Source of the DNA: Candidatus Nomurabacteria bacterium
GTDB lineage: Bacteria; Patescibacteriota; Minisyncoccia; Phycocordibacterales; UBA9973
Assembly: GCA_023267375.1 (NCBI GenBank)
Contig: JAHFNJ010000004.1
Span: forward strand, 513 to 64,512
DNA length: 64,000 bases
Direction: 5' to 3'
Made by a program: the position numbers and the translations under genes. Below the pieces are notes generated by a model, which made no database searches, was not told the DNA's origin, and was given only the letters and a program-made list of their open reading frames with translations. Of this stretch, positions 1 through 10,063 are shown one piece after another; the first letter of the stretch is position 1; every line of letters starts with the position of its first letter.

Positions 1-657
1 GCAGAGCAGTCTTTTACGACTCGTCATCTCACCGAATTTACTGGTTGGGACTTTGAAATAGGATATGTTGAATCACATCATGATGTGATGGATTTTGAAG
101 AAGGCATGATTGTGGCTGGATTTGAAGAACTACAAAAATCATTCCCTGAGCTCGAGCTTACAGTACCTGCACGACCATTTCCACGAGTCACAATTGTCGA
201 AGCGAAGAAAATTCTTGCTGGATTGAATATCGAAAGCCCTGAAGAACATGATCTATCTCCAGAAGAAGAGCGTGCGATTTCAGATTATATTAAAAAAGAA
301 AAAGATCATGATTTTGTGTTTATTACTGACTACCACAAGTCAAAAAGCGCTTTTTATCATATGCGTTTAGAAAATGATCCTGATCGTTCTCGTCGTGCTG
401 ACCTTCTCTATCGAGGGATTGAAGTAACCACACTTGCTCAACGTGAACATCGTCCAGAAATTCTTGAAAAACAAGCCCTCGAGAAGGGGATGTCGCTTGA
501 ATCACTCAAAGACTATCTAAACTTCTTCCGTTACGGTGTGCCTCCGCACGGCGGTGGGGGTATCGGCCCTGGCCGTTTTGTTATGAAAATTCTTGATTTG
601 CCAAACGTCCGCGAAGCAACCTACTTGCCGCGTGATGTAAAAAGATTAAATCCGTAA
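1..657 (+). CDS. aspS: Aspartyl-tRNA synthetase, archaeal-type/non-discriminating-like, 5'-truncated by the window edge
   Basis: Frame is open from base 1 (AEQSFTTRHLTEF, class II motif 2). C-terminal FRYGVPPHGGGGIGPGR...ATYLPRD is motif 3 of short AspRS/AsnRS. Confidence 0.88.
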   Translation, partial: AEQSFTTRHLTEFTGWDFEIGYVESHHDVMDFEEGMIVAGFEELQKSFPELELTVPARPFPRVTIVEAKKILAGLNIESPEEHDLSPEEERAISDYIKKEKDHDFVFITDYHKSKSAFYHMRLENDPDRSRRADLLYRGIEVTTLAQREHRPEILEKQALEKGMSLESLKDYLNFFRYGVPPHGGGGIGPGRFVMKILDLPNVREATYLPRDVKRLNP

Positions 658-1715
658 TGCCTCCTTCAAACGAAAAAAGTCAACAACCCGTCCCATCTCT
701 CTTGAAAGATCGTCAAGAAAAATTCATTGCGACAGCCACTTTTTTTAAAAAAATTGATAAGGAAAATATAATTGAGGACATGGGGAAGAAACAAGAATTT
801 ATTAAGAATCTTTCTTTTGATGAATTCAATATTTTACTTTTAAGAATTAATGGTCTGTTACAGGACACACCTATCCCTGAAAGAGCCTTTAATGCAGGAG
901 AAAACCCGCTTGGTATTGTTCGATTAATAAATCAAGACAAAGAAACAATTTATAATCCACCGCTTAATGCCGATAAAATGCCTCTTCTCCAAGAAGCGTT
1001 TGAGGCTTTTCAGCGTTTGGAATCTCAGAATAAAATTGAAGACGCAGCATTTATGTTAGGAGCAACTATTAATGCCATACACCCTTTTAAAGATGGTAAT
1101 GGTAGAACTTCAAGATTTGTCTATACGATGGTTTCCTCTTCGAAAGGAAATTTCAATGCAGCAGACTGTAATCCTGAGAGTATCCAACCATTTATTGAAT
1201 CTTATATTTCTAGAAATATTTATGGACTATCAACACTTGAAGTGCCGTATATTGAGGAAACCCGAATTTTATTTCCAGCAACCATGTCAGATATGAGTAG
1301 GCTTGAATTCAATGATGCTTGCAAGCACGACTTAGACGGGATAATTGAGGCGTGTCGTGTTTATAGTAAAAAAAATGGAGAAGATTTTGATAAACATTTC
1401 ATAGTCCCCAATGAAAGAATCTTGATGAAGGAGTTTTTATTTAAAAATCAAAAAAATATAAGCAGTATTTTTGATACTTACCGTAAATTAAAAAGGGAAT
1501 ATGTGGAGGTGCTTATCGATATATTTGAAAACGCAGATAAATATCCCATAAAAACAATAACAGAAATATTTGAGAATATTCCTATTTCATATCAACGTGA
1601 GTATGGAGAAAAAACCCTTAAAGACCTTTTTTTAATCGATCAAAAAAACCGTGCGGTACATAAAAATGAGTTTTCATGGGAGTATCTCATTAAATTTTTT
1701 CAGGCAGCACAATAA
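657..1715 (+). CDS. Fic-domain protein (putative AMPylase)
   Basis: Canonical Fic motif HPFKDGNGRTSR; start overlaps the aspS stop (TAATG). Confidence 0.85.
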   Translation: MPPSNEKSQQPVPSLLKDRQEKFIATATFFKKIDKENIIEDMGKKQEFIKNLSFDEFNILLLRINGLLQDTPIPERAFNAGENPLGIVRLINQDKETIYNPPLNADKMPLLQEAFEAFQRLESQNKIEDAAFMLGATINAIHPFKDGNGRTSRFVYTMVSSSKGNFNAADCNPESIQPFIESYISRNIYGLSTLEVPYIEETRILFPATMSDMSRLEFNDACKHDLDGIIEACRVYSKKNGEDFDKHFIVPNERILMKEFLFKNQKNISSIFDTYRKLKREYVEVLIDIFENADKYPIKTITEIFENIPISYQREYGEKTLKDLFLIDQKNRAVHKNEFSWEYLIKFFQAAQ

Positions 1716-1770
1716 CCTATCCGTATAGTCAAGTGTGTGAATTGGATAAAATCAAGTAAAATATGGTCTA

Positions 1771-2532
1771 ATGGACACGATTGAAACCGCGTATACGGTC
1801 AAAACGCCTGTGTTTGAAGGGCCGCTTGGCTTGCTACTTTCGCTTATTGAAAGCCGGAAGCTTTTTGTGAACGAGATATCGCTCGCAAAAGTGACCGATG
1901 ATTATATTGCACACATTCGCAGTATGACAGCGCCATCGCTTTCTGACACGACGAGTTTTGTCATGGTGGCAGCGACACTTGTGCTCATTAAATCAAAATC
2001 ACTTCTGCCAAACCTTGAACTGACAGTAGAAGAGACAGAAAAAATTAGCGATCTCGAAACACGACTCAAGCTCTATCAAGCGATAAAAGCAGTGACGCCA
2101 GCACTCAAAGAGCAATTCGGAGGAGCTGTTTTATATATGGCACCAGAACGCAGTTGGAATGAACCACTCTTTAGTCCTGATGCGCGAATCACACTTGAAT
2201 CAATGCTTGCCGGTGTCAAAGATGCTCTTGCACGCATTCCCAAGAAAGAATTTGTGCAAGAAGTTTCAATCAAGAAGGTGGTGAGTATCGAAGAAATGAT
2301 CGACAGTCTAACCAGTCGTATTCAATCCGCACTCAAAGTGTCATTCAAGGAGTTTTCTCGCAATCCGGAGCTCGGGACAGAAAAAGAACAGCGTGTCCAC
2401 ATCATTGTTTCATTTCTTGCGATGCTTGAACTCGTTCGAAATGGTATTATTGATGTTATTCAGAACAGTACGTTTGAAGATATGGAAATTGTGAAGCAAG
2501 AGGAAGAGCATGCTAGTAATCTGGTAAACTAG
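1771..2532 (+). CDS. scpA: Segregation/condensation protein A
   Basis: N-terminal FEGPLGLLLSLI, C-terminal VSFLAMLELVRNG; adjacent to scpB. Confidence 0.93.
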   Translation: MDTIETAYTVKTPVFEGPLGLLLSLIESRKLFVNEISLAKVTDDYIAHIRSMTAPSLSDTTSFVMVAATLVLIKSKSLLPNLELTVEETEKISDLETRLKLYQAIKAVTPALKEQFGGAVLYMAPERSWNEPLFSPDARITLESMLAGVKDALARIPKKEFVQEVSIKKVVSIEEMIDSLTSRIQSALKVSFKEFSRNPELGTEKEQRVHIIVSFLAMLELVRNGIIDVIQNSTFEDMEIVKQEEEHASNLVN

Positions 2533-2596
2533 TATGCTAGGTTGGTGCATTTTGGAGTTTTCTAATTTACTAATATACTAGCTTACTAACTTACTT
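2506..2596. repeat. 91-bp inverted 8-mer-array element (empty form): 35-bp TAG-type array, 21-bp spacer, 35-bp CTA-type array
   Basis: GAGCATGC TAGTAATC TGGTAAAC TAGTATGC TAG (2506-2540), 21 nt, then CTAATTTA CTAATATA CTAGCTTA CTAACTTA CTT (2562-2596). Contains the scpA stop and abuts the scpB ATG. Confidence 0.85.
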
Positions 2597-3163
2597 ATGA
2601 ATCTCGACGCAAAAATTGAAGCATTACTTTTTTATAAGGGAGAACCACTCTCTGTGGCAACGCTCGCCAAAATGCTCAAGTCAAAGGAAGACGAGATTGA
2701 AAGCGCACTACAAACACTTACAGAAAAACTCGCTGGTCGAGGTATCGATTTGATTCGTAAGGAAGATGAAGTGACACTCGCAACATCTCGTGAGATGTCT
2801 GAGGTGATTGATGCACTTCGCAAAGAAGAACTCAACAAAGATTTATCGAAGGCTAGTTTAGAAACACTCGCTATTGTCATGTATAAAAATGGCGCAACTC
2901 GCAGCGAAATCGACTATATTCGCGGTGTAAACTCGAGTTTCATTCTCCGCAACCTGCTCATCCGTGGGCTCGTTGAAAAAGTAGCCGATCAAAATGATCA
3001 ACGTCGACTCATTTACAAGCCAACATTTGAACTACTTTCGTTTATGGGAGTGTCGCGTATTGAAAATATTTCAGAATTTAGTGAACTTCATGCGACACTT
3101 TCAAATGAAATCGCTAAGAGTGTTGAGGCAAAAATAGAAGATACTACGCAAGCAAACTCATGA
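2597..3163 (+). CDS. scpB: Segregation/condensation protein B
   Basis: KIEALLF, LSKASLETLAIV..TRSEIDYIRGVNS motifs. Confidence 0.95.
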   Translation: MNLDAKIEALLFYKGEPLSVATLAKMLKSKEDEIESALQTLTEKLAGRGIDLIRKEDEVTLATSREMSEVIDALRKEELNKDLSKASLETLAIVMYKNGATRSEIDYIRGVNSSFILRNLLIRGLVEKVADQNDQRRLIYKPTFELLSFMGVSRIENISEFSELHATLSNEIAKSVEAKIEDTTQANS

Positions 3164-4164
3164 GACATACAGAAATAGACAACCGCATAATCGGTGCTTT
3201 GGTCTGCGTGCTTTTTTTGGCTGCCATTTTTATTCAAACAAGTGCAGTACAGCAAAAAGCACGTTTTGTTCAAGCGCAAAAAGAAAAAGCTGAAGCAGAA
3301 TTGTATGGACCCCTCGGTAATGTTCCTATTGATGCAAAAGCGGCCTTTGTTTACGATTTGACTCGTGGCAAGATAATTTTTGTGCGCCACGAAGATTGGA
3401 GGTTGCCACTTGCGTCACTTACAAAAATAATGACAACCGTGGTAGCAAAAGAAGTTTTACCAGCAGATACTGTTGTTACTATTCCTCGCGCAGCAATTTC
3501 ACAGGAAGGGGATTCAGGGCTTAAAGAAGGCGAGAAATGGCCGCTCACGAATCTTTTACAGGTTATGCTCGTCGGTTCTTCAAATGATGCAGCTCGCGCA
3601 ATTGCGCTTTCAGCAGAAGATGTACTCGCACCCAACACTATTGAAGAAGCAATAGTTTCCGAGAATACAATTGCTCATTTTATTCAAAAAATGAACGAGA
3701 CAGCACAATCGCTACACCTCACGCAAACTTCTTTTTCGAACGAAACTGGTCTTGATGTTTCGGCAACGGATAATGGTGGTTATGGTTCCGCTCGTGATAT
3801 AGGCACACTGCTTAAGTATGCGTACGATAAATACCCAGATCTTTTTGGGCCAACAACCTATCCACAGATCACTACAACCTCAGCAAGTGGCAAATCGCAT
3901 ACACTTAAAAATACGGATAGTATTACCGGATCAATAACTTCTCTTCTTGCTTCAAAAACGGGGTATACAAAAATTGCTGGCGGCAACCTAGCGATTCTTT
4001 TCGATGTTCGACCAGGTGAGCCTGTTATTGCCGTGGTGCTTGGTTCAACTCGCGAAGGACGCTTTGAGGATATGCAAGAATTGATAGCTGCTACTCATAC
4101 ATGGCGAGACCGAATCGATACCGCGCTTGCGACAACGAGTAGCACAGTACCGCCTGCATTATAA
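3160..4164 (+). CDS. D-alanyl-D-alanine carboxypeptidase (peptidase S11)
   Basis: SLTK (SxxK), SSN (SxN) and KTG motifs; N-terminal TM anchor. Confidence 0.9.
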   Translation: MRHTEIDNRIIGALVCVLFLAAIFIQTSAVQQKARFVQAQKEKAEAELYGPLGNVPIDAKAAFVYDLTRGKIIFVRHEDWRLPLASLTKIMTTVVAKEVLPADTVVTIPRAAISQEGDSGLKEGEKWPLTNLLQVMLVGSSNDAARAIALSAEDVLAPNTIEEAIVSENTIAHFIQKMNETAQSLHLTQTSFSNETGLDVSATDNGGYGSARDIGTLLKYAYDKYPDLFGPTTYPQITTTSASGKSHTLKNTDSITGSITSLLASKTGYTKIAGGNLAILFDVRPGEPVIAVVLGSTREGRFEDMQELIAATHTWRDRIDTALATTSSTVPPAL

Positions 4165-4205
4165 GATAGGTATTTTGTATAAAAGAGGTAGTATATAGAC
4201 AATAT

Positions 4206-5267
4206 ATGATCACGAGTATTCTTAAAGTATTTATTCCAGCGACCATTGCCTTTTTTATCGGCATTATAATTACTCCTTTTTTCTCACACTTTTTTTATCG
4301 GCATCGACTCTGGAAACGTTCTTTGCGTAGCGACACCGTAGCCAACCCAGGGATGTCTGCTGAATTTAACATAATTCATAATGCAAAAGCGGAAGGAAAC
4401 ACGCCGCGTGTCGGTGGTGTTATTATCTGGGTGAGCGTTCTCCTCACCGCTCTCGTTATTTATCTGGCAGCAATTATTTTTCCAGGAGAAGCGACTTCAA
4501 GACTCAATTTTCTAAGCCGAAGCCAGACACTGCTACCATTCTTCACGCTCATTGCAGCGTCACTGCTCGGTTTACTTGATGATCTGCTGCAGATATTTGG
4601 GAATAAAAACTCAATTGTTGATGGGCTCTCACGCAGGAATCGTGTTCTTGCGGTAGCTTTGATTGGCGCAGTCGGAGCATGGTGGTTTTTTGTAAAGCTT
4701 GGTGTTGCCTCAGTCGTTGTTCCATTTGTTGGCAGTGTTGCGCTCGGTTGGCTCTTTGTACCTTTTTTTATTCTTGTAGTGCTCGCTACTTTTTCAGGCA
4801 GTATTATCGATGGAATTGATGGACTTGCGGCAGGCGTTCTTGCTTCTTCTTTTGCAGCATATGCGACAATTGCCTATTTCCAACATCAAATTGATATCGC
4901 TGTTTTTTGCGCGGTAATAACCGGTTCAATTCTGGCTTTTCTGTGGTTCAACGTTCCTCCCGCACGTTTTTATATGGGTGAGACGGGGATGGTGGGACTT
5001 ACGATTACGCTTGCAATTGTAGCGTTCCTTACGGATACGGTGCTCCTGCTCCCAATCATTGCACTGCCATTAGTAATAACATCACTTTCAGCAATTTTAC
5101 AGCGTCTTTCAAAAAAACTCTGTAACGGAAAAAAGATTTTTAAAGTGGCACCGATCCATCACCACTTTCAAGCTATTGGTTGGCCGTCATACAAAGTCAC
5201 CATGCGTGCTTGGATTATTTCAGTCATCTTTGCCGTTATCGGCGTTATTCTTGCGCTTATTTCATAA
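4206..5267 (+). CDS. mraY: Phospho-N-acetylmuramoyl-pentapeptide transferase
   Basis: TPRVGG, GLLDD, DGIDGL, YMGETG and APIHHHF motifs; multi-TM. Confidence 0.93.
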   Translation: MITSILKVFIPATIAFFIGIIITPFFSHFFYRHRLWKRSLRSDTVANPGMSAEFNIIHNAKAEGNTPRVGGVIIWVSVLLTALVIYLAAIIFPGEATSRLNFLSRSQTLLPFFTLIAASLLGLLDDLLQIFGNKNSIVDGLSRRNRVLAVALIGAVGAWWFFVKLGVASVVVPFVGSVALGWLFVPFFILVVLATFSGSIIDGIDGLAAGVLASSFAAYATIAYFQHQIDIAVFCAVITGSILAFLWFNVPPARFYMGETGMVGLTITLAIVAFLTDTVLLLPIIALPLVITSLSAILQRLSKKLCNGKKIFKVAPIHHHFQAIGWPSYKVTMRAWIISVIFAVIGVILALIS

Positions 5268-5270
5268 AAT

Positions 5271-6386
5271 ATGAAGGGTAAAAAAGTCGACACCATTTTT
5301 TTAGGATTGATTGCGACACTTCTCATTGTAGGCGTGTTCATGTTTATATCGGCGTCGCTTGGGGTACTCGCCAAAAACGAAACGGAATTTTATAAAGTAC
5401 TTTTCAACCAGCTGGTACTTGGATTGGGTGGTGGAGTCATTGCACTCATTGTGGGGCTCCGTGTGCCATACAAATTTTGGCGCAAAAATGCTTTTTTTAT
5501 TTTTCTTGGATCGGTAGTTCTTACAATGCTCGTGTTTGTGCCGCATCTCGGATTTTCTCATGGCGGAGCACGACGATGGATTTCTATTGGCCCAGTATCA
5601 TTCCAGCCAGTAGAATTCCTCAAGATTGGCTTCATTATGTACTTTGCCACCTGGCTTTCGTGGCTTAAGAACAAAGCTAGTGATCCAAAGTGGGGGATCG
5701 TGCCGCTTCTTGTGCTTTTCTCGACCATCGCAGTTGTATTGCTTCGCCAGCCTGATACGAAAAGCTTTATTCTGATTGTCGTGACAGGACTCGCGATGTT
5801 CTTGATTTCCGGCGTACCATGGAAATATATTTTAGGGTTAGGAATCCTGGCTGTTGTTGGTTTTGGTATCTTGGTCTCTTTCAAACCCTACTTGATTGAA
5901 CGTGTAACCACATTTGTTGATCCATCACATGATCCTACTGGTTCATCCTATCAGCTTAATCAGTCGCTCATTGCTATTGGTTCGGGAGGCATTTCAGGAC
6001 GCGGGTATGGGCAGAGTATTCAAAAATTTAGCTACCTACCAGAGCCACAAGGTGATTCGATCTTTGCTGTCATCGGCGAAGAATTCGGTTTTATTGGAAC
6101 AACGACCCTGATTTTACTGTTTACTGCTTTCGCCCTTCGTGGTATGCGCATTGCTTCGCGCTCCCCAGATTCATTCAGTAGACTTCTCGTCTCGGGAATT
6201 GTTATACTGTTCGTGTTCCAAGCATTCCTAAATATTGCATCGCTCGTCGGGCTTTTCCCTTTGACAGGCGTGCCACTTGTCTTTATCAGTCACGGAGGAA
6301 CAGCATTACTGATCACTCTTTTTTCAATGGGAATCGTGCTCAATGTTTCGCAATTTCAAACAGCTAAAATAAAAATTAAAGAATAA
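5271..6386 (+). CDS. ftsW: SEDS-family peptidoglycan glycosyltransferase FtsW
   Basis: GARRW..SFQPVEFLK, QPD, YLPEPQGDSIF..EEFG, TGVPLVFISHGG; located between mraY and murG. Confidence 0.88.
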   Translation: MKGKKVDTIFLGLIATLLIVGVFMFISASLGVLAKNETEFYKVLFNQLVLGLGGGVIALIVGLRVPYKFWRKNAFFIFLGSVVLTMLVFVPHLGFSHGGARRWISIGPVSFQPVEFLKIGFIMYFATWLSWLKNKASDPKWGIVPLLVLFSTIAVVLLRQPDTKSFILIVVTGLAMFLISGVPWKYILGLGILAVVGFGILVSFKPYLIERVTTFVDPSHDPTGSSYQLNQSLIAIGSGGISGRGYGQSIQKFSYLPEPQGDSIFAVIGEEFGFIGTTTLILLFTAFALRGMRIASRSPDSFSRLLVSGIVILFVFQAFLNIASLVGLFPLTGVPLVFISHGGTALLITLFSMGIVLNVSQFQTAKIKIKE

Positions 6387-6393
6387 TCTATTT

Positions 6394-7521
6394 ATGAAAA
6401 TTGTTTTTACAGGAGGAGGAACAGGCGGACACTTTTATCCAATCATCGCGATTGCGGAGGAGGTAAACCGCATTGTTGATGAAGAAAAAATTGTAGGAGC
6501 AAAGCTCTACTACATGTCCGATACGCCATATGACAAAGAGGCGCTCTATGACAACGGCATAACATTCCTTGAATCACCAGCAGGGAAGCGACGAACGTAC
6601 TTTTCCATATTAAATTTTTTCGATTTTTTCAAAACAGGGGTTGGTATTATTATTGCCACCATCCGACTTTTTTCTGTGTATCCTGATGTTGTTGTGGGGA
6701 AGGGTGGCTATGCAAGTTTTCCTGTGCTTGTTGGTGCTCGAATACTCCGTATCCCAGTAATCATCCATGAATCTGATTCATATCCTGGTCGTGTAAACCT
6801 TTCTGCTGGTAAGTTTGCAAAACGTATTGCTGTTTCGTATGACGAAGCTGCACAGTATTTTCCAAAAGGGAAAACAGCTTGGACTGGCCAGCCGATACGA
6901 ACTGAGATCCAAGAACCGATTAAAAAAGGAGCTTTTGAATATTTAAAATTTGATGCATCCATTCCAGTAATTTTCATTATTGGTGGCTCACAAGGAGCAC
7001 AGCTTATTAACGAAACGATCTTAGATGCACTGCCTGAACTTTTAAATTCGTATCAAGTTATTCATCAGGTTGGTGCAAAAAATATAAAACAGGTTTTGAG
7101 CCAGGTTGAGGTGGTTCTTGAAAAACATCCATATAAAGAACGCTATTTACCGTTTGCATTCTTGAATGTGCTGGCAGAACGTATGGCCGCTGGCGCTGCG
7201 ACTATTATTATTTCTCGCGCTGGTTCAACAATCTTTGAAATCGCACAATGGGGTGTACCGTCTATTATTATTCCAATCACCAATTCAAACGGTGATCACC
7301 AACGTAAAAATGCATTTACCTATGCTCGCGAAGGTGGGTGTCTTGTCATAGAAGAAACAAACTTAACACCCCATCTTTTGAATCTTGAAATTGATAAATT
7401 GATTGCGAACCAACCGCTTCGAGAAAAAATGGTGGCCGCTGCTCACGCATTCGCCAAACCAGATGCTGCAAAAAAAATTGCACAAGAAGTGGTGAATATT
7501 GCACTGTCACACGAAAAATAA
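6394..7521 (+). CDS. murG: Lipid II GlcNAc transferase
   Basis: GGGTGGH, GGYAS, HESD, GGSQGA and HQRKNA motifs. Confidence 0.95.
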   Translation: MKIVFTGGGTGGHFYPIIAIAEEVNRIVDEEKIVGAKLYYMSDTPYDKEALYDNGITFLESPAGKRRTYFSILNFFDFFKTGVGIIIATIRLFSVYPDVVVGKGGYASFPVLVGARILRIPVIIHESDSYPGRVNLSAGKFAKRIAVSYDEAAQYFPKGKTAWTGQPIRTEIQEPIKKGAFEYLKFDASIPVIFIIGGSQGAQLINETILDALPELLNSYQVIHQVGAKNIKQVLSQVEVVLEKHPYKERYLPFAFLNVLAERMAAGAATIIISRAGSTIFEIAQWGVPSIIIPITNSNGDHQRKNAFTYAREGGCLVIEETNLTPHLLNLEIDKLIANQPLREKMVAAAHAFAKPDAAKKIAQEVVNIALSHEK

Positions 7522-7588
7522 AACCCCGAACCTTACGCGGGTCCGGAGTTTTTTTTGAAAATTTCTAATTGTTTACGCTAAAAATTAC

Positions 7589-8464
7589 TTACATAATAGT
7601 TCCAATAGTCCCAAATCTGTTTTGGAATTCCCGATAGTCAGGAACGTGGAGTTCACCATACAAGAGCACTCCTTTCTGCCCCTTTGCATTTCTCAGAAGA
7701 TACTGGGCCATTCTCGAGTAAGAAATCTCACTCCGCACTCTTCCAAGAAGCCATGCAAATCTTTCAATGTCAGGATACATTCCGGGTGATGATTGAAACT
7801 TAGGGAGTAAATACTGTTGAGTAAGGTATACCCAACGCGGCTCCGTTCCAATCACGTACGGTTTTCTTGAATTTGAAAAAGCTAAACTGCATGGAAAATC
7901 TTTTGTTGCTAGGTCGCGAAGGAATTTTTCAGTTTCAGCATAGGTTGGGAGTTTTTTGTAGTGAAGCATTTTTGCCATACTTGAAACATTTGTTAGCTGT
8001 TCATGTATGGCTATTTTTTTATCAACACGTCCAAAATATGCTGAAAAGTCCCCACTTACTAAATCATACCCGCTGTCGAGCACTTGTTTCCTAGCAGACT
8101 CCTGGCTTGCTATCGTTTCCGTGTCTACCGACGGTTCAAAATTATTTTCCTCCATAGCTCTGAAATGGGTTACCCCGATACAATCAATGCGCACTCCCTT
8201 CATTGAATCTGACCGGAGAAATGCAATATCTGCCAGAAGTTGCGGGTATTCTTTTTTGATTGAATCAATGAATGGCGCAATGTCCTCAGGAGGATTCGGT
8301 TTATCGAGATATTCCTTAAGCTCCTCGGTTGCCATTTGTACATCAATCTGGGGTTTGGAGTCAGCATGTGCAGTAGGAATTTCTTTGCCAGATGGTGATT
8401 CCTTTTTGGGTGAACAAGATACAGTAAGAAGTATCTGTAAGCATAATAGAATTATTTTTTTCAT
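7589..8464 (-). CDS. Hypothetical lipoprotein
   Basis: 291-aa ORF with signal peptide and lipobox-like TVSC; own TTGACA at 8525-8520. Confidence 0.7.
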   Translation of the reverse strand: MKKIILLCLQILLTVSCSPKKESPSGKEIPTAHADSKPQIDVQMATEELKEYLDKPNPPEDIAPFIDSIKKEYPQLLADIAFLRSDSMKGVRIDCIGVTHFRAMEENNFEPSVDTETIASQESARKQVLDSGYDLVSGDFSAYFGRVDKKIAIHEQLTNVSSMAKMLHYKKLPTYAETEKFLRDLATKDFPCSLAFSNSRKPYVIGTEPRWVYLTQQYLLPKFQSSPGMYPDIERFAWLLGRVRSEISYSRMAQYLLRNAKGQKGVLLYGELHVPDYREFQNRFGTIGTIM

Positions 8465-8561
8465 TTTTTTTGTAATTTAAAAGTTTATTTTTGTTTACAT
8501 TAACAATATAATTAATTATTGTCAAGTCGTCCAAAAACCTTAATTTTGCTATTATTCTCTC

Positions 8562-10052
8562 ATGTCAGACCAGAAAGTAGTCACTCGTTTTGCTCCGTCG
8601 CCGACGGGTTTTTTGCATGTGGGCGGACTCCGCACAGCTCTCTATTCTTATCTGGTTGCCAAACAAAATAACGGTACGTTTATGCTCCGTATCGAAGACA
8701 CCGATCGCGAACGATATGTGGAAGGCGGTATTCAAAATATCCTCGAATCACTTTACTGGGCAAACGTTATTCCTGATGAAGGAGTAACCTTGAAAAGCGG
8801 AGAAATTACTCAAACAGGTTCACATGGTCCATATGTGCAATCAGAACGGCTTTCTATCTATAAAAAATATGCCGAGCAGCTGATTGAAAATAATCACGCA
8901 TTTTATTGTTTTTGTACACCAGAACGGCTTGCCGAAGTTCGTGAGGAGCGACAAAAAAATAAATTACCGCCTGGCTACGATGGTTTTTGTAAAAAAGTAT
9001 CGAAAGAAGAAGTCGCGCAAAAATTGGCAAACAAGCAAAACCATGTCATTCGTCTCAATATGCCGGATGAAGGAGAGACTGTGTGGAAGGATCTTATTCA
9101 CGGCGAAGTATCGTTTAAGAATAGCGATGTTGATGATCAAGTTCTCATGAAGTCTGACGGCTACCCAACATACCACCTTGCTGTTGTTGTTGATGATCAT
9201 GAAATGCAGGTTAGTCATGTTATTCGAGGTGATGAGTGGATTTCTTCTACACCAAAGCATCTGCAGCTTTACAAGTATTTCGGCTGGACGGCACCACAGT
9301 TCGCGCACTTGCCACTGCTTTTAAATCCTGACAAATCAAAACTCTCAAAACGCCAAGGAGATGTTGCAGTGATTGATTACAAAGAGAAGGGCTACTTACC
9401 AGAAGCATTGGTAAACTTCGTGGCTTTTTTGGGATGGAACCCTGGAACAGAGCAGGAAATCTTCTCACTGGAGGAGTTGATAACCGCATTTACCCTTCAA
9501 AAAGTAGGGAAGTCAGGGGCTGTTTTTAATTTAGAAAAGCTTGATTGGTACAATCGTGAATATCTCAAAAAAATGAGTAGCGATGAACTCGTAAGCTATA
9601 TCACTACTTTTTTACCAGAACGTTTTAATGGAAAACTCAGTGTGGAAGCACTCAACAATCTTGCCCCGATACTTCTTGAACGAATTTCTAAAGGTAGCGA
9701 TCTAGCGCTCATGGATCACAATGGAGAACTTGGCTACTTTTTTGAACGACCTAGCTACCCTGTAGAAAAATTACTCTGGAAAAATACCGCGAAAGATATC
9801 ATTCTTTCAAATATTGAAGACGCGCTGCAAGAACTTGGGTCACTACCCGAAGATGCTTTTTCTGTGGAACAACTAAAAGAGAAAATAATGGAATTCTTGA
9901 AAGATAAGGAGAAAGGACCGATGCTCCATCCGTTACGTTTTTCGCTCTCAGGTCTCGATAAATCACCAGATCCATTTGTCATAGCGTCAGTTCTAGGTAA
10001 AACAGAAACACTTGAACGCCTAAAAATTGCAAAAGAGCTACTTGCCAAGTAG
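8562..10052 (+). CDS. gltX: Glutamyl-tRNA synthetase
   Basis: TRFAPSPTGFLHVGG (HIGH), LRIEDTD and KLSKR (KMSKS). Confidence 0.96.
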   Translation: MSDQKVVTRFAPSPTGFLHVGGLRTALYSYLVAKQNNGTFMLRIEDTDRERYVEGGIQNILESLYWANVIPDEGVTLKSGEITQTGSHGPYVQSERLSIYKKYAEQLIENNHAFYCFCTPERLAEVREERQKNKLPPGYDGFCKKVSKEEVAQKLANKQNHVIRLNMPDEGETVWKDLIHGEVSFKNSDVDDQVLMKSDGYPTYHLAVVVDDHEMQVSHVIRGDEWISSTPKHLQLYKYFGWTAPQFAHLPLLLNPDKSKLSKRQGDVAVIDYKEKGYLPEALVNFVAFLGWNPGTEQEIFSLEELITAFTLQKVGKSGAVFNLEKLDWYNREYLKKMSSDELVSYITTFLPERFNGKLSVEALNNLAPILLERISKGSDLALMDHNGELGYFFERPSYPVEKLLWKNTAKDIILSNIEDALQELGSLPEDAFSVEQLKEKIMEFLKDKEKGPMLHPLRFSLSGLDKSPDPFVIASVLGKTETLERLKIAKELLAK

Positions 10053-10063
10053 AATAAGAAGAC

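Noticed and set aside
2506-2596. CRISPR interpretation of the repeat-spacer-repeat elements
   Set aside because: The arms are inverted, degenerate 8-mer tandems with a single spacer, not identical direct repeats, and there are no cas genes.
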